A stretch of DNA of 49,127 nt from Ionaspis alba (lineage: Eukaryota). This document shows, in pieces, positions 35,059 to 48,309 of the stretch; the stretch's first letter is position 1, and the number at the start of each line of letters is the position of its first letter. The notes below the pieces were generated by a model, which worked only from the letters and a program-made list of their open reading frames with translations, did no database searches and was not told the DNA's origin. Position numbers and translations under genes: made by a program. Location of the stretch: contig CAXUUL010000039.1 in NCBI GenBank assembly GCA_964255285.1, positions 1 to 49,127 of the forward strand, read 5' to 3'.

Positions 35059-37982
35059 TCAGAAGAACTTCTGAGCTGGAGGGCAAGTCGATAAACTTTG
35101 TGCAGCGTCGTTGTTCCCGGCTCCATCCTGAGAAGGCATAGAGACACGAACACGTTTCTCAGAGAGCGGAGTACCATCTGCCTTACGCTTGCTGCCGGCG
35201 GAAGTGATTCTGGTACCAGCTTTCGCTTTGCGCGGAGTTGTAGGAGCACGGAAGTTGCCATCCCTCGGGTCGTCAATCTCTTCGCTGCTCTGCTCGGTCT
35301 CTTCAACATGTGTAATGCGCTTGGTCTTCTGATTAGCAAGGCTGCCCGGCTCGCGCTGGTTGTGTTGCTTAGCAGCCGAAGTCCGCTGAATGAGAGAAAT
35401 TAGCAAATGTCGTTGCTCATGTCAAGTCGTGCTGCTTACCTTGTCACGATCAATTGAGTACTCCATATCACCGTGCGCCTCGGGACTTTCAGCGCCTGTG
35501 TTCGCAGTGCTTGCTAAACCACGTGCTTGAATTCCTATACTCAAGTCGTCGCTCGCGACAGCACGAGGCATGCGGAAGGTTTTCTTTCCCGAGACAGGAA
35601 GTGGATTCTTGAGCCTCTCTGCAATGATCCCGCCAGACGTATCAGGGAGTCCCAGAGCCAGCAGGGCCTTGGCAGCCTGGTCAGAGATAGGGTATAACCC
35701 GTTCGCATCACGCACTGGTTTGTTCCCACGCTTCTTGGGAGTCTTCTTGGAGTTTGCACTCTGCTCGTTCTCAGCCTTCATAGCTGCGGCTGTCTTTGTT
35801 GAGATACCAGTCTCGCCATAGTCGATGCCGGCTTGCATAGCTTCCTGGCTGATCCGAGAGGTTGGTAGATCTCCAAGTTGGTCTTCATACCAGGTCCCAG
35901 TCTTCTCGGGCTTCTTACGTGGGCCTCTCTTCTTCATAAAATTAGCATACAGCAGCATTCTATAAACAATCCATGTTTTACCTTCTTCGCGGCGCTTGGC
36001 TCTTTTGCTTGGTTCGTGATATCACTCTTCGCCTGTGGAAGAGGATTGAGTTCGTGGAATTCCTTTATGAGGTCTTTGAAGTCTTTTGGCTGGTAGGTCT
36101 TTCCATCAGCCCCGACATATGGCTGAGTAGGTACGAAAGGCATTCCGAGTCGGGGAGTCATTGATGGCGTTTGAGTTGCCAAAGCCGCATAGCCACTTGG
36201 TGCAATAGACTTCGGGAACCGCGATCGCGTGGGAGACTCATACGCAGGTGGACGAGGAATCTCATCGCCTGTCGGAACCTCAAGTGTCTCATTCGCTACC
36301 TGGGTGCTACTCAAAACGGCAGCGGTTGGTCCTGTCCCAGTGGAACGAAGTCCTGGTGAGATGGGTCCCTGGGTAAAGTGACGGCCATGTTCTGCAAGGA
36401 AAGAGCTTAGCATCTTCTCGTTCTTTTCGTTCTCTCGAAGGATCTCTGCTCTTTTCTGCTGATAGCGGCCAGACAGTGTTTGATAGGACTCTGTGGCGAG
36501 TATCGGATCGAGTACTGTCGAATTGATGATACAACCAGAATCGGAAACCCTAGCAGTATTGTTCCCTAATCGTACGAAGCAAGAGTGAGTTTGAGGCACG
36601 TCAGCTTGAGTGTCATGAGCCTGACTGACCTTGGTTGCTAGGATGTCCCAAACTCTGAACGTGGATCTTATCCGACAAGAATGTTTTGGGGTGCTTAGTA
36701 TGGAAATCTCCATTCTGGTATGGTATTGATGTAGTGGCTGGAGGTTCGAGGACTACAGGACCACGGCGCAGACCACCCATCCCATGTGCTGACGCATACT
36801 TGTCTGTGAGAGCTTTCACTTGTTGGTTGCGCTCTGCTTCACGGTTAACATACTCTTCGTATATCTTGACACGTTCATCCAGCAAGAGTTTGTCAAGTTT
36901 GAAGTCAGCAGCCCATTTCTTGTTACGCACCGCCGTCAATTTCTCCTGCTCTTCGTCCGACAAGTCTGTAGTCTTTGTACAGCTTGCTGTAAGACTTGCT
37001 TTGGCTACCATACGGGAGGCGTTGTATAGCTCTTCAGCTTTATGGGGTTCGATAGGCGCATCGCCAATTTTCCACCCAGGCGGAGGTAAGACATCGCTTA
37101 GAAGAGCAAGGCCTCGAATTCCATGCGCTGGACCGATCTCGTCGGCTCTGTAGGCATATGGGTTGGTATTGCGAGGATCTGTCGAGGTTTTCAGAGTTGC
37201 AAGGTTCTTCGCGACCGAACCTGAATCAAGTTCGCNNNNNNNNNNNNNNNNNNNNNNNNNNNNNNNNNNNNNNNNNNNNNNNNNNNNNNNNNNNNNNNNN
37301 NNNNNNNNNNNNNNNNNNNNNNNNNNNNNNNNNNNGTCGAGGTTTTCAGAGTTGCAAGGTTCTTCGCGACCGAACCTGAATCAAGTTCGCTAGATGCGAG
37401 CACATGTGTTGACCCAGGTTTTGATCCTTCGTGACTGATTGAGACCCCGCCTGTCTTTTCGGGTTCTGATTCGAAGCTGGACAATGTTTCCATAATGGTG
37501 GGGAAATGGTTCGCTGGATGTGGCTCGTGAACGCCTACAACCCTTCCGTCGCCAGGTGGCATGAACGCCGAACTTTCATTGCCATTGGAGACAATTTCGG
37601 AGATCTTCCTGCGCTGCTCTCTCCCCGCGGATGCTGTAATGAGATATTAGCAGTTTGTCTCACACAGTGAGCTGAGGAAGTCATTACGGCTCAAACCAAG
37701 ACTTGCAGCTCGCAACTTGCCATTCTTTCTGGAGCTCATAGGACTGACTGCTTCAGCATAGCTCTCACTGTTCTTGGTCAGCCTGTGGTCCAACTAATTG
37801 GATGGTCAGACTGCAGTATACGGTGGGGTATCATATTCCTTCCTTCGGTTTCCCTCATTTTTGGCTGTACTGCTATCGTGGTGTAGTGGATTCGGTTCTG
37901 TACCATTGCTTGTAAGGTTGATGCTATCACCCCTTGGGTCTGGTTCGACTTCAGGATTCGAGGACGGAGATGACTCTGCCAT
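35059..37982 (-). CDS. Large multi-exon hypothetical protein (basic, largely disordered, short coiled coils), about five introns
   Basis: The minus-strand ORFs 37806-37982, 37191-37562, 36613-37011, 35934-36713, 35422-35958 and 35059-35406 can be chained by GT..AG introns with branch sites (e.g. AAKK|GTAAAA..GCTAAT..GAAG|KRGPR and DRDK|GTAAGC..GCTAAT..TCAG|RTSAA). Removing the duplicated gap flank joins ..TLKTS-TDPRN..NASRMVAK in frame. The 5' exon boundaries are uncertain. Confidence 0.6.
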
Positions 37983-38523
37983 TGCTACTTTTCGTCTGAT
38001 GCTAGGTGCAAAAGAGTTGTGGAAACGTGAAAGCTCAAGAGAAACGTAGGAACGCCTACAACGGAAGAGAAGCTCAATAAGAGCAAAAGCTTGCAATATA
38101 CACAATACCCAACTCGGATCACAATGGTAGCTATCTTATTGTTGTACAACTGATAGTGAAACTGGCAATGGGAAATGGATGTGTTACTGCTACATTGTTG
38201 ACATGAGCCCTATATTCAAGGCTTAGCATCAAAATTAGCCTACAACATTCTACAACACGCGAAATGGAGAACGTTTTTGGACCAATGATATTCATCCCTT
38301 AAAGGGCTCTAAGCTAGGCCATCTAGCATGCTGTCACGCATGCCACCGGCAATGCTGCATACTAACCCCCCGCGATATCGTTTGATTGTACCTCTATCTA
38401 GTTCCACCAAATTGGACCCTGCTCCCGAAATTTTGAGCCTCATATCTGAGGTCCAGTATCCGCAAAGCAAATATTTACAAATCAGTGAGTCAGGAAGATA
38501 ACAAGAGTCGCGTCGAAGACACT

Positions 38524-40779
<2,256 letters not shown>

Positions 40780-40797
40780 CTTTCGCGGACGACGTGC

Positions 40798-41318
40798 CTT
40801 TAGATAATGAAGTCAGTCAGATGAACGTCAAAGTCAACTTGGGTAGATTTGGATAGATTTGGGTAGATTCTGAGATGGGGATATTGCTGAGATTGGAGTG
40901 AAGGAGATGTGTGAAGGAAAATGGACCTGCGGAGTGAGGTAAAAGTTTTCGGTGCTACTATTGACTGTGACTCTGTAAGGTCTACACAGCAAGCTCCACA
41001 GCACAAGGATAGAAAGGGCTGGCTGGAGATTTGGATAACATGAGGATGAAAAGAGGCGATTGATTAAGCACAAAGGTGTGAGAGATGCAGGGTGGGATGG
41101 GAAGGTTGGATATTAGAAGTGATGGTTGAGACACGAAAATTGCATACCTTGACTTAGCTGAAAGCGGCTTCTGCTTGTCTTGCGGGTCAGAAATTTGAAG
41201 ACCGGGCGAGCGGGCGGACCTGGGATCAATGAAAGTGAGCAGAGTGAGCGTCTTTAGAGATCTTGAACTCGAATGAGTAACATAATAGAGAGGCATGCAG
41301 ATGTAGAGAGGTGCTTAC
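40798..41318 (-). other. Putative 5'-UTR introns of the helicase (41220-41318 and 40798-41147) flanking a 72-nt non-coding exon
   Basis: Consensus donors AAG|GTAAGC (41318) and AAG|GTATGC (41147). Acceptors CCCAG (41220) and CTGAC..TAAAG (40798), the latter 18 nt before the ATG. Confidence 0.55.
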
Positions 41319-44300
41319 CTTCAGCTGTACTTTACTGGACCTCGTCGACCGGAGAAGTACCAAGCAGACGACCTAATCAGTAGTAATAGTAAGCCTCGAG
41401 AAGATCAAGCCGAAAGAAGAAGACCACTGTGTTTTGGAGGAAAGAAAGAAAAGGAAGGAAGGAGCGAGTTGGCGATCGGCCTTTTGTAGAAGGAAGGAAC
41501 AGCTCGCTTAGCCCTAAGAACAGTGAAGCATCGCAGCGCATCGTTCACAACATTCACGCTAACGCCAAAAACGTACCTAGCGCAACCCTTCCCGAGCTAA
41601 CCGAGGAGGGCCAGAGGGAGGGCCCATAAGGATAATATATACCAACGGCAAGCAGATGACAATTTTGTGCAGTTCATATATACACCTCGACAGCACTCTT
41701 CATACAAGCTCAATTCGAGGCTCTCGAAACTGGAATGAAGGGTCGCTGCCCCAAGCATTACTGCCTTGACACTGCAGCAGATCACAGACTCCATGAAAAA
41801 GAGAAAGGCCGGAGTGCAATGGTTCATAAATATGATACGAGGAAAAGATAGCGTGTGAGTACAAGCTGGGCGTTTAGAGCAGAGCATGGTGTAAAGACTC
41901 ATCCTTCCGAAGACAGGATGTTGGAAGATTCCGGGCTGCTTCAGGCTCCCCTTTACACTTGGTAGCTGCCAAAACNNNNNNNNNNNNNNNNNNNNNNNNN
42001 NNNNNNNNNNNNNNNNNNNNNNNNNNNNNNNNNNNNNNNNNNNNNNNNNNNNNNNNNNNNNNNNNNNNNNNNNNNGATTGCCTACAAACAGATTGATGAA
42101 GTGCCATGCCTTTAACTCTGCTTCGACCCAAGGCCTGTGACAAAGTACTTGGTTTGTTCTTTAAGTCCACAGACAACCTGATCAGAAGCTATGGGTGACT
42201 TGAGCCATTCACTGCAGGATCGGTTGTCTCGTGGCCATTGGCACCAAAGTTCAGGCTGGCTCGTTGAAGATTCAGTGGTGATTCATGGAGTCTGTCTTGC
42301 GAAAGCCTTGTCAAAACTATAGGCCTCAAGAGTCGTCCTTGACACAACAGGAGGCTGAATCCAGAAACCATATAGAAGAGTCTTCCGAAGAACTTGAAGG
42401 TAGCAGGAGGTGCTCCTCTTCTGCTATATTTGTTGTCATCATTGGTATAATGCTGGGTAACAAAGAAGCCAGGGTGCTGGATTGCGAAGTGAATGTGGCC
42501 TAAGTACCAGTGGCTCCAAAATGAAACTGGTCAGGGGGATGGGAAAACGCCACTGGCCGTGCCCACGGCCATAGCGGCCAATGGTAAAATATGTGTTCAT
42601 GAAGAGCCGCAAAAAAAGAAATGAGAACGACAAGCATCCTGTTTTTCCTATAGCTAATGTTGCATAGTCCGAGCTTGACAATACATACAAAGCACAAGTC
42701 TTAGGTATGGAGATCAAGAAAAAATGTTAGAATATCCCTACACCTCAACGCCAACATGAAACTCCACGGGTACTGCATCATCAATGCTGGGAATTGAAGG
42801 TCGACGGTACCACGAGACGCACTACCAACACGAATATCTGCAGTCATTATTTGATCCAGAACAACGCTATCAACTCCCAAAATCCCGGTGACACGAGCAC
42901 GGAAGGCTTGGTACAAATCGTATTTCCCGTGGATAAAAAGGGACCGAACATTGGAGTGCCTCTTGGCCAAACGGAGCTTCCCTGTTCAACGAAATCCTTG
43001 CGGTCCCTGTTCAGGAGATCCCCTGAGAATATGGATGCACAAGGAAGGCGGCGCACCCACGGTTGCCCATCTGCAGCATCCGAGGGTCTGGGCAACATGA
43101 GGCAAAAAGAGCGCCTCATGTTACCCAGGCGCAGTGTTAGTGCAAAATGCCCCAGTAGGCCGACTTCAGAAAAAGCCAGCCAAGCCGAGTTTGGAGTTCT
43201 CGGGGTTGGAATGCTGCTTGTGTGCAAATTTAAGGATAATCAACAAGCTTCAGAAAGGAGCAATACCCCCAAGCAGTTGTCCGTAAAGCATCAGGCACCA
43301 GGAACTTCCTGGGCAAGACGGTCTTTGGGGATTGAACGAGACAGTTGTCANNNNNNNNNNNNNNNNNNNNNNNNNNNNNNNNNNNNNNNNNNNNNNNNNN
43401 NNNNNNNNNNNNNNNNNNNNNNNNNNNNNNNNNNNNNNNNNNNNNNNNNNCACCAGGAACTTCCTGGGCAAGACGGTCTTTGGGGATTGAACGAGACAGT
43501 TGTCAGCAACCTGGGTGACCAAGTTGCAAAGGTCCCCTTTGACGCAAAGGGAGAGATTGAGCGAGATCTGTGCCATTGATGCATCGTGGGCAGGGAGAGA
43601 GTCTCGGATGAGATTATATATAGGTAGGCGGATTGCAAAAAAGCTATGTCGAAGTGGGTAGGGTGGTCGAACTAGGTTAGAGGTAGTCTGAGGAAGAGTC
43701 TTCAAGGATGAGTGGTCGAGGATGAGTGGTCGAGGGTAGGGGTTGAGAATTTGTGTCAGTCTTCGAGATTGGGTCCATGATGAACCATGGAAGCTATCAA
43801 GACGGGTCCTCTTGAGCTTGAGGGCCTGCAACGTCTTCCACTGGGCTGTCCAGACCCTAGCAGGACCTAGAGGTTAGCTTCCGTCAGTACGTGTGCGGTG
43901 CCCTATCCGACTGGATCGTTTACTTACTCGGTTTGCGACCGTACGTACCACCAATCATCAAGACTCAGGAGACGTGTCGACAACGTGCTTGTCTTGTGCT
44001 GGACTTCTAGAGCTGCTAGTCGCTACTTGCTGAGCAGAATATGCTGGTACAAGCTCGGGGAGAGACCCAAGTGTCAATGTGATGGAGCTATTCTTGACCC
44101 ATCCTGGGCGTCAGGATATCGGTAGGAGTCTTCCTCCTTGCCGACGAAGGAGTTACCGTTTCTAGCAATCTTGATTCTGTCTTGCTGCCGTCCGATGTCG
44201 ATATCTTGACCTCTTCTCCTACTGTCTACCGTCATGACCTTGGTTTTGCTTTCCAACCTGATGACCTCCAAAACCTTGTGACAGCAGCAGTCGTTCAGGC

Positions 44301-46643
44301 TTGGCAGTGCTTTGGTACAGAGCTGTCTGACTTGCCTAGCAGTCATTGAAACCTGTCGATCATGGTCTGTTCTCCTGCCTGAAAGGGGACTCAGTGAGGA
44401 TTTGGAGCGTGGGTACAGGACCGAGGTAGGTGTTACGACACTGATGAGTTGAGTCTGCAAGGCAGACGACAAAGGATGAAGATGGGCAACAGCTCAACAA
44501 GTCATGCGACAATGGTGCATTGTACATCATGCATGAGGAAAAGACTTGTCGATGTTGAGGGTGTTACTGATGAGGAGGTTGTTGAAGATTGAGAAGGAAG
44601 GGATGGGAGATGTGGTTTAAATAGTGCGACCAAGTCCACGGTAAGCCCTACAATGCTACCAATGGAGTGTTCACAAGACAGTATGGCACCATTTCCTATG
44701 ATTCAATAGTCAATTCAATGCCATTAGCGAACTTCATAAGGCAATTCATGCTTCGTTTGCATCAGGGCTCCGGCATGCCAGCGGTCAAATGGAGTCAGAA
44801 GCATCCTTCATCGTGACTGTTCACTCAATGAGCCGAGCTTGTTTACCTAGGCAGCTATGGCCTTCTTCTCATGTGAATAAGGATGGGCAAGGTTCCTGCC
44901 CCTTTTGTACAGCTTCTAAGGCCCCAATCTGTCTGTCTCGATTCTGGTCATCTCGTCTATCTGCTCTTTACCAACACCAGGCTTTTCAATCCTCAGATTT
45001 GCAAACGCGTCCATAAACTTAACCCAGGTGGAGCCAAAGAGCTCATCTCAGGGGCTGCTCGGCATCCTCGGACGAACCCCGGCTTCCTATGCCATTCACT
45101 ACACCCTTCTGTCCTCAAGTCCCGTAGCGCCTCAAACTCCTCGGCAAGTTGCGTGATGCTGTGAAGCATTCCCTTGTGACGGGTAAGCTCGGATGTCCCA
45201 GATGTCGCCTAGCGTTCCCGTTAGCGTCAACACCAGCTTCAGCAACACATCTTGGGCTTCTAGAGTGTGTCATCAAGTAAGGCATCTTTTCTCCTTCCTG
45301 GACACACGTTGTGGACCTTCCTAACAAGCTACGGGGTGTGGTTTTCGGTAGAGAACCTACTCCTAGCTATCAACAGCCAATTCCAGCCTGGTTAGAAGAA
45401 TCAACCAAGAGCTCATGACCTACAATTGACTACAGAGACCTACGCCGAGACTGTCAAGTCAAGTGTCAAAAGAGGAGTAACTCTGTTTGCCTATAGCCTA
45501 TCCTGAATCCTGTGAGGGTAGGAAATAGGACTTCAGAAGCCCTGACTGGTTTCTTGAGACGCATCCAACACAATTGACGCCAAACATCGGAGCAGAGACC
45601 TCGTGGCTTTCAATGACCTCTCTCTCTCATCTACGAAGTAAGGGGTTACACCCTAGAGGCTACAATCAAATCCAGGAGACACATATATAGCATTCGAAAT
45701 CAACCTTCGAAGGAGCATGGTCCCAGCTGTCAGCTGACGTTCCTATGTTGTAGGAAGGGAGACATCTAGAGCTCAGGGGTAACGGTTGACATCACGAAAC
45801 ATACACGAAGCACTCGAAGCCCAAGTCTTGACAGATTCGCCATGATTGCAATGAGCCTTTTGTGGAGAAAAAAACAGGGCAGTGGTAGCTCAGGGGTTAC
45901 GGAGGTGTGAGAGGCTATTGTTCAACCTTCTGTATTGGCAGTTGAGTCGACATACGTAGGATGCAAGGGACGGTAATATATTTTACAAAGTCGACAATAT
46001 ACTGACAGGATTTCGATAATCACAGATGGGCGTAGAGCTGGAACCAATATACCGCCAACGGCTACCGTATTGATCTACGGTCGAAGTAAGAGATACTACT
46101 ACATAACAAGAACGATACGATTGTAGGGCTCCAGGGGTGACAAGTCGGCATGAAGCTGATACTCTACCTTCTACATAAGCCACTGACTCGACTTACACAC
46201 AATACAGGAGATGGTACTACTTGCCACAGACCGTCGAAACATGGCTGGAGAGGAGATATCATTGTACCGAGAGTTTGTCTAGCAAATCTAGCCGCTTATC
46301 AATTGCAACAACCATTCTCGTCAGCAAAACACAATCGACCCTGCACGCTAGAGAAGCAGATCCAAGCAACATTCCATTAAGCCCCAGTCTTGCACCATTT
46401 TCCATTATCGCTTCCCAGCCACACCGCCCCCCTCGTTACTTCAACATAAGCATATGTCATATGTCTGTCTTGCTGGCTCAATCATGCTCGCGAAGCCATG
46501 CAGCAACATCACACAAAGCCAAGCAATTTGGACGAGTCTATCTACGCAAGTATCAGCACGTGACACCCACCAAATGACGAGCAAGGGGCATTGATACTAT
46601 TCACTACATTACCTTCATGAATCCGTAAATACCACCAAATCTC

Positions 46644-47532
46644 TCAAGCAAACCAGGATTTCAGCGGCTTAAAGCCATCCGGGCCTTCAGCTTTCGAAGG
46701 TGTGACTGGTCGTCCGCGGATGGCGACCCTCCGCTCACGGTCTGCCGGAATCGAAGGAGTGAGGATACTCGCGAGGCGCTTGCGAAGACACCCATGCCAC
46801 CCAAAGCATTCAACAAGCTCAGTGGTGGGAGGAACTTCCGGTGCTGGGGCAAGGAGACCCGTCAATCGCTTCTTGAGGCATTCCTGCCAGCCCGCGCAAT
46901 CCATACCATTGCTGGCTCTTAGGGGAGGTGCTCGGGCGAAGAGACTTGTGATACGCTTTTTGATGCACGAGTGCATTCCGAAGCAGTTGCTTATGTCTGA
47001 GTCTGGACCGACAGCCGCTCGGGCGAAGAGCTCGGAAAGACGCTTCTTGATGCATGAGTGCATTCCAAAGCATTCCGCCGCTTCGGTGAGGGGACCGATA
47101 GCAGTGGTAGCTGCAGCGGAGGTCGTAACGCCCTGAGAATTGTGAGCGTATCCAATACAATACCCGGTGTATCGTGCCACCTACTTCACTATCCTCGTTG
47201 CGGCGCACAAGCTGGCCGTTGCGGCTCTCAACACTGTCGAGAGATGGCGAAGGACTTACCTCACGACGGTCGAGGTTGTGGAGTATGGCGTTTGCTGTTT
47301 GGTCAGGTTAGCGGTTACGCCGTTCAAGTTGTCGGATCCATTGACGCTTACCTTCGGCATCGCGTGACATGATCACGCCGGCTTTGACCACTGCATCATC
47401 GGAGACTCCACGAGCGGCCACAGGACTCACTGCTAGGACACCGGCTTCGATACTCCTAGGCACGTAGGGGGCTGCAGAGCAGAGTGCCAATGTCACTGCC
47501 AAGATGACGTAGGCGATCCCGTGGGAGTGCAT
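46644..47532 (-). CDS. Secreted Kex2-processed repeat protein (KEP-like) precursor with four Cys-x5-Cys peptide units; exons 47352-47532, 47260-47294, 46644-47132 (~234 aa)
   Basis: Signal peptide MHSHGIAYVILAVTLALCSA-AP. Introns GTAAGC..GCTAAC..ACAG (47295-47351) and GTAAGT..GCTCAC..TCAG (47133-47259) keep the frame. Repeats CFGMHSCIKKR x2, CAGWQECLKKR and CFGWHGCLRKR. Confidence 0.82.
46776..47072 (-). repeat. Four tandem coding repeats, period 87/87/90 nt
   Basis: First-Cys codons at 47072, 46985, 46898 and 46808. Units 1 and 2 share the core CFGMHSCIKKR with synonymous differences. Confidence 0.9.
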
Positions 47533-47735
47533 CTCGATGTTTCTCTTCGACAGCTTGTACAACCACGAAATTTGACTGAGACTTTTTGAAGAATAAGAGG
47601 GGAAGATATGAATGTCAATTGTCAAAAGCTCGAGGCTGTCTCTTCAATTGAGATGGAGAATAGCTAGAGGACGTGGTGGGAGCTCGAGTTGTTGAGGAAG
47701 GAGAAAGAGGACAGGAATGCGAGGGCCATCGCTGT

Positions 47736-47743
47736 TTCTTATA
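47736..47743 (-). promoter_or_regulatory. Putative TATA box followed by a CT-rich tract upstream of the KEP-like gene
   Basis: TATAAGAA about 205 nt upstream of the ATG, followed on the minus strand by a pyrimidine-rich stretch (CCTCTTTCTCCTTCCTC). Confidence 0.45.
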
Positions 47744-48309
47744 GACACGAGCACGCCACTGTGTGAATGAAAAACACTCGGGTATCCTCCAAATATAGAT
47801 CCTTGATCACACGTGGAAAACAAAACCGGTTGATCGAACCTAGGATCGTGAATTGGCAGCTGGTATTAGCCAATCCGCAGCCAATCGTGTCCAGCCCTCT
47901 GATAAGCAGACCCCACATGACAGCCCCAAAAGAATTGACATATCATTGACGAACGGTGGAACCCTGCTAGTGAAGCTATCACTCAAACGCTTTTTCACCG
48001 CAAAGTAAGTAGCCGAGGAATAATTGAGATCGAGGGCTGCGAGCATCCGCAGATACAGTGGAAGACAAATGCAGGTACTTTAGCATAATCGTTCACTCAT
48101 GCAGGTTGCCAATTCCAAGAGCCGGAGGGCCTTTTCAATTATTGGGAAACGTTGCACAGCTAGACGACCATGCAACTTCCCGTTCTGATTACATTATTGA
48201 GGACAAAGACCAGATGAAGATATCGTACATCACTTACTCCTCACCGGAATATGCCAAGGAGCCCCACTGAAACACCACGCTATGCTCGATGTATCGGAAT
48301 GTCGATCAA

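Noticed and set aside
37181..37390. Exact 55-nt direct repeat around gap 37236-37335
   Set aside because: Assembly overlap artefact; collapsing it restores a continuous reading frame.
43296..43505. Exact 55-nt direct repeat around gap 43351-43450, and the 261-aa + strand ORF 42794-43579 spanning it
   Set aside because: Assembly artefact. The ORF length is inflated by Ns and duplicated sequence and shows no recognisable motif.
47040..47072. CFG..C resemblance to vertebrate natriuretic peptides
   Set aside because: Only three residues are shared and the ring size differs (7 vs 17 residues); most likely chance.
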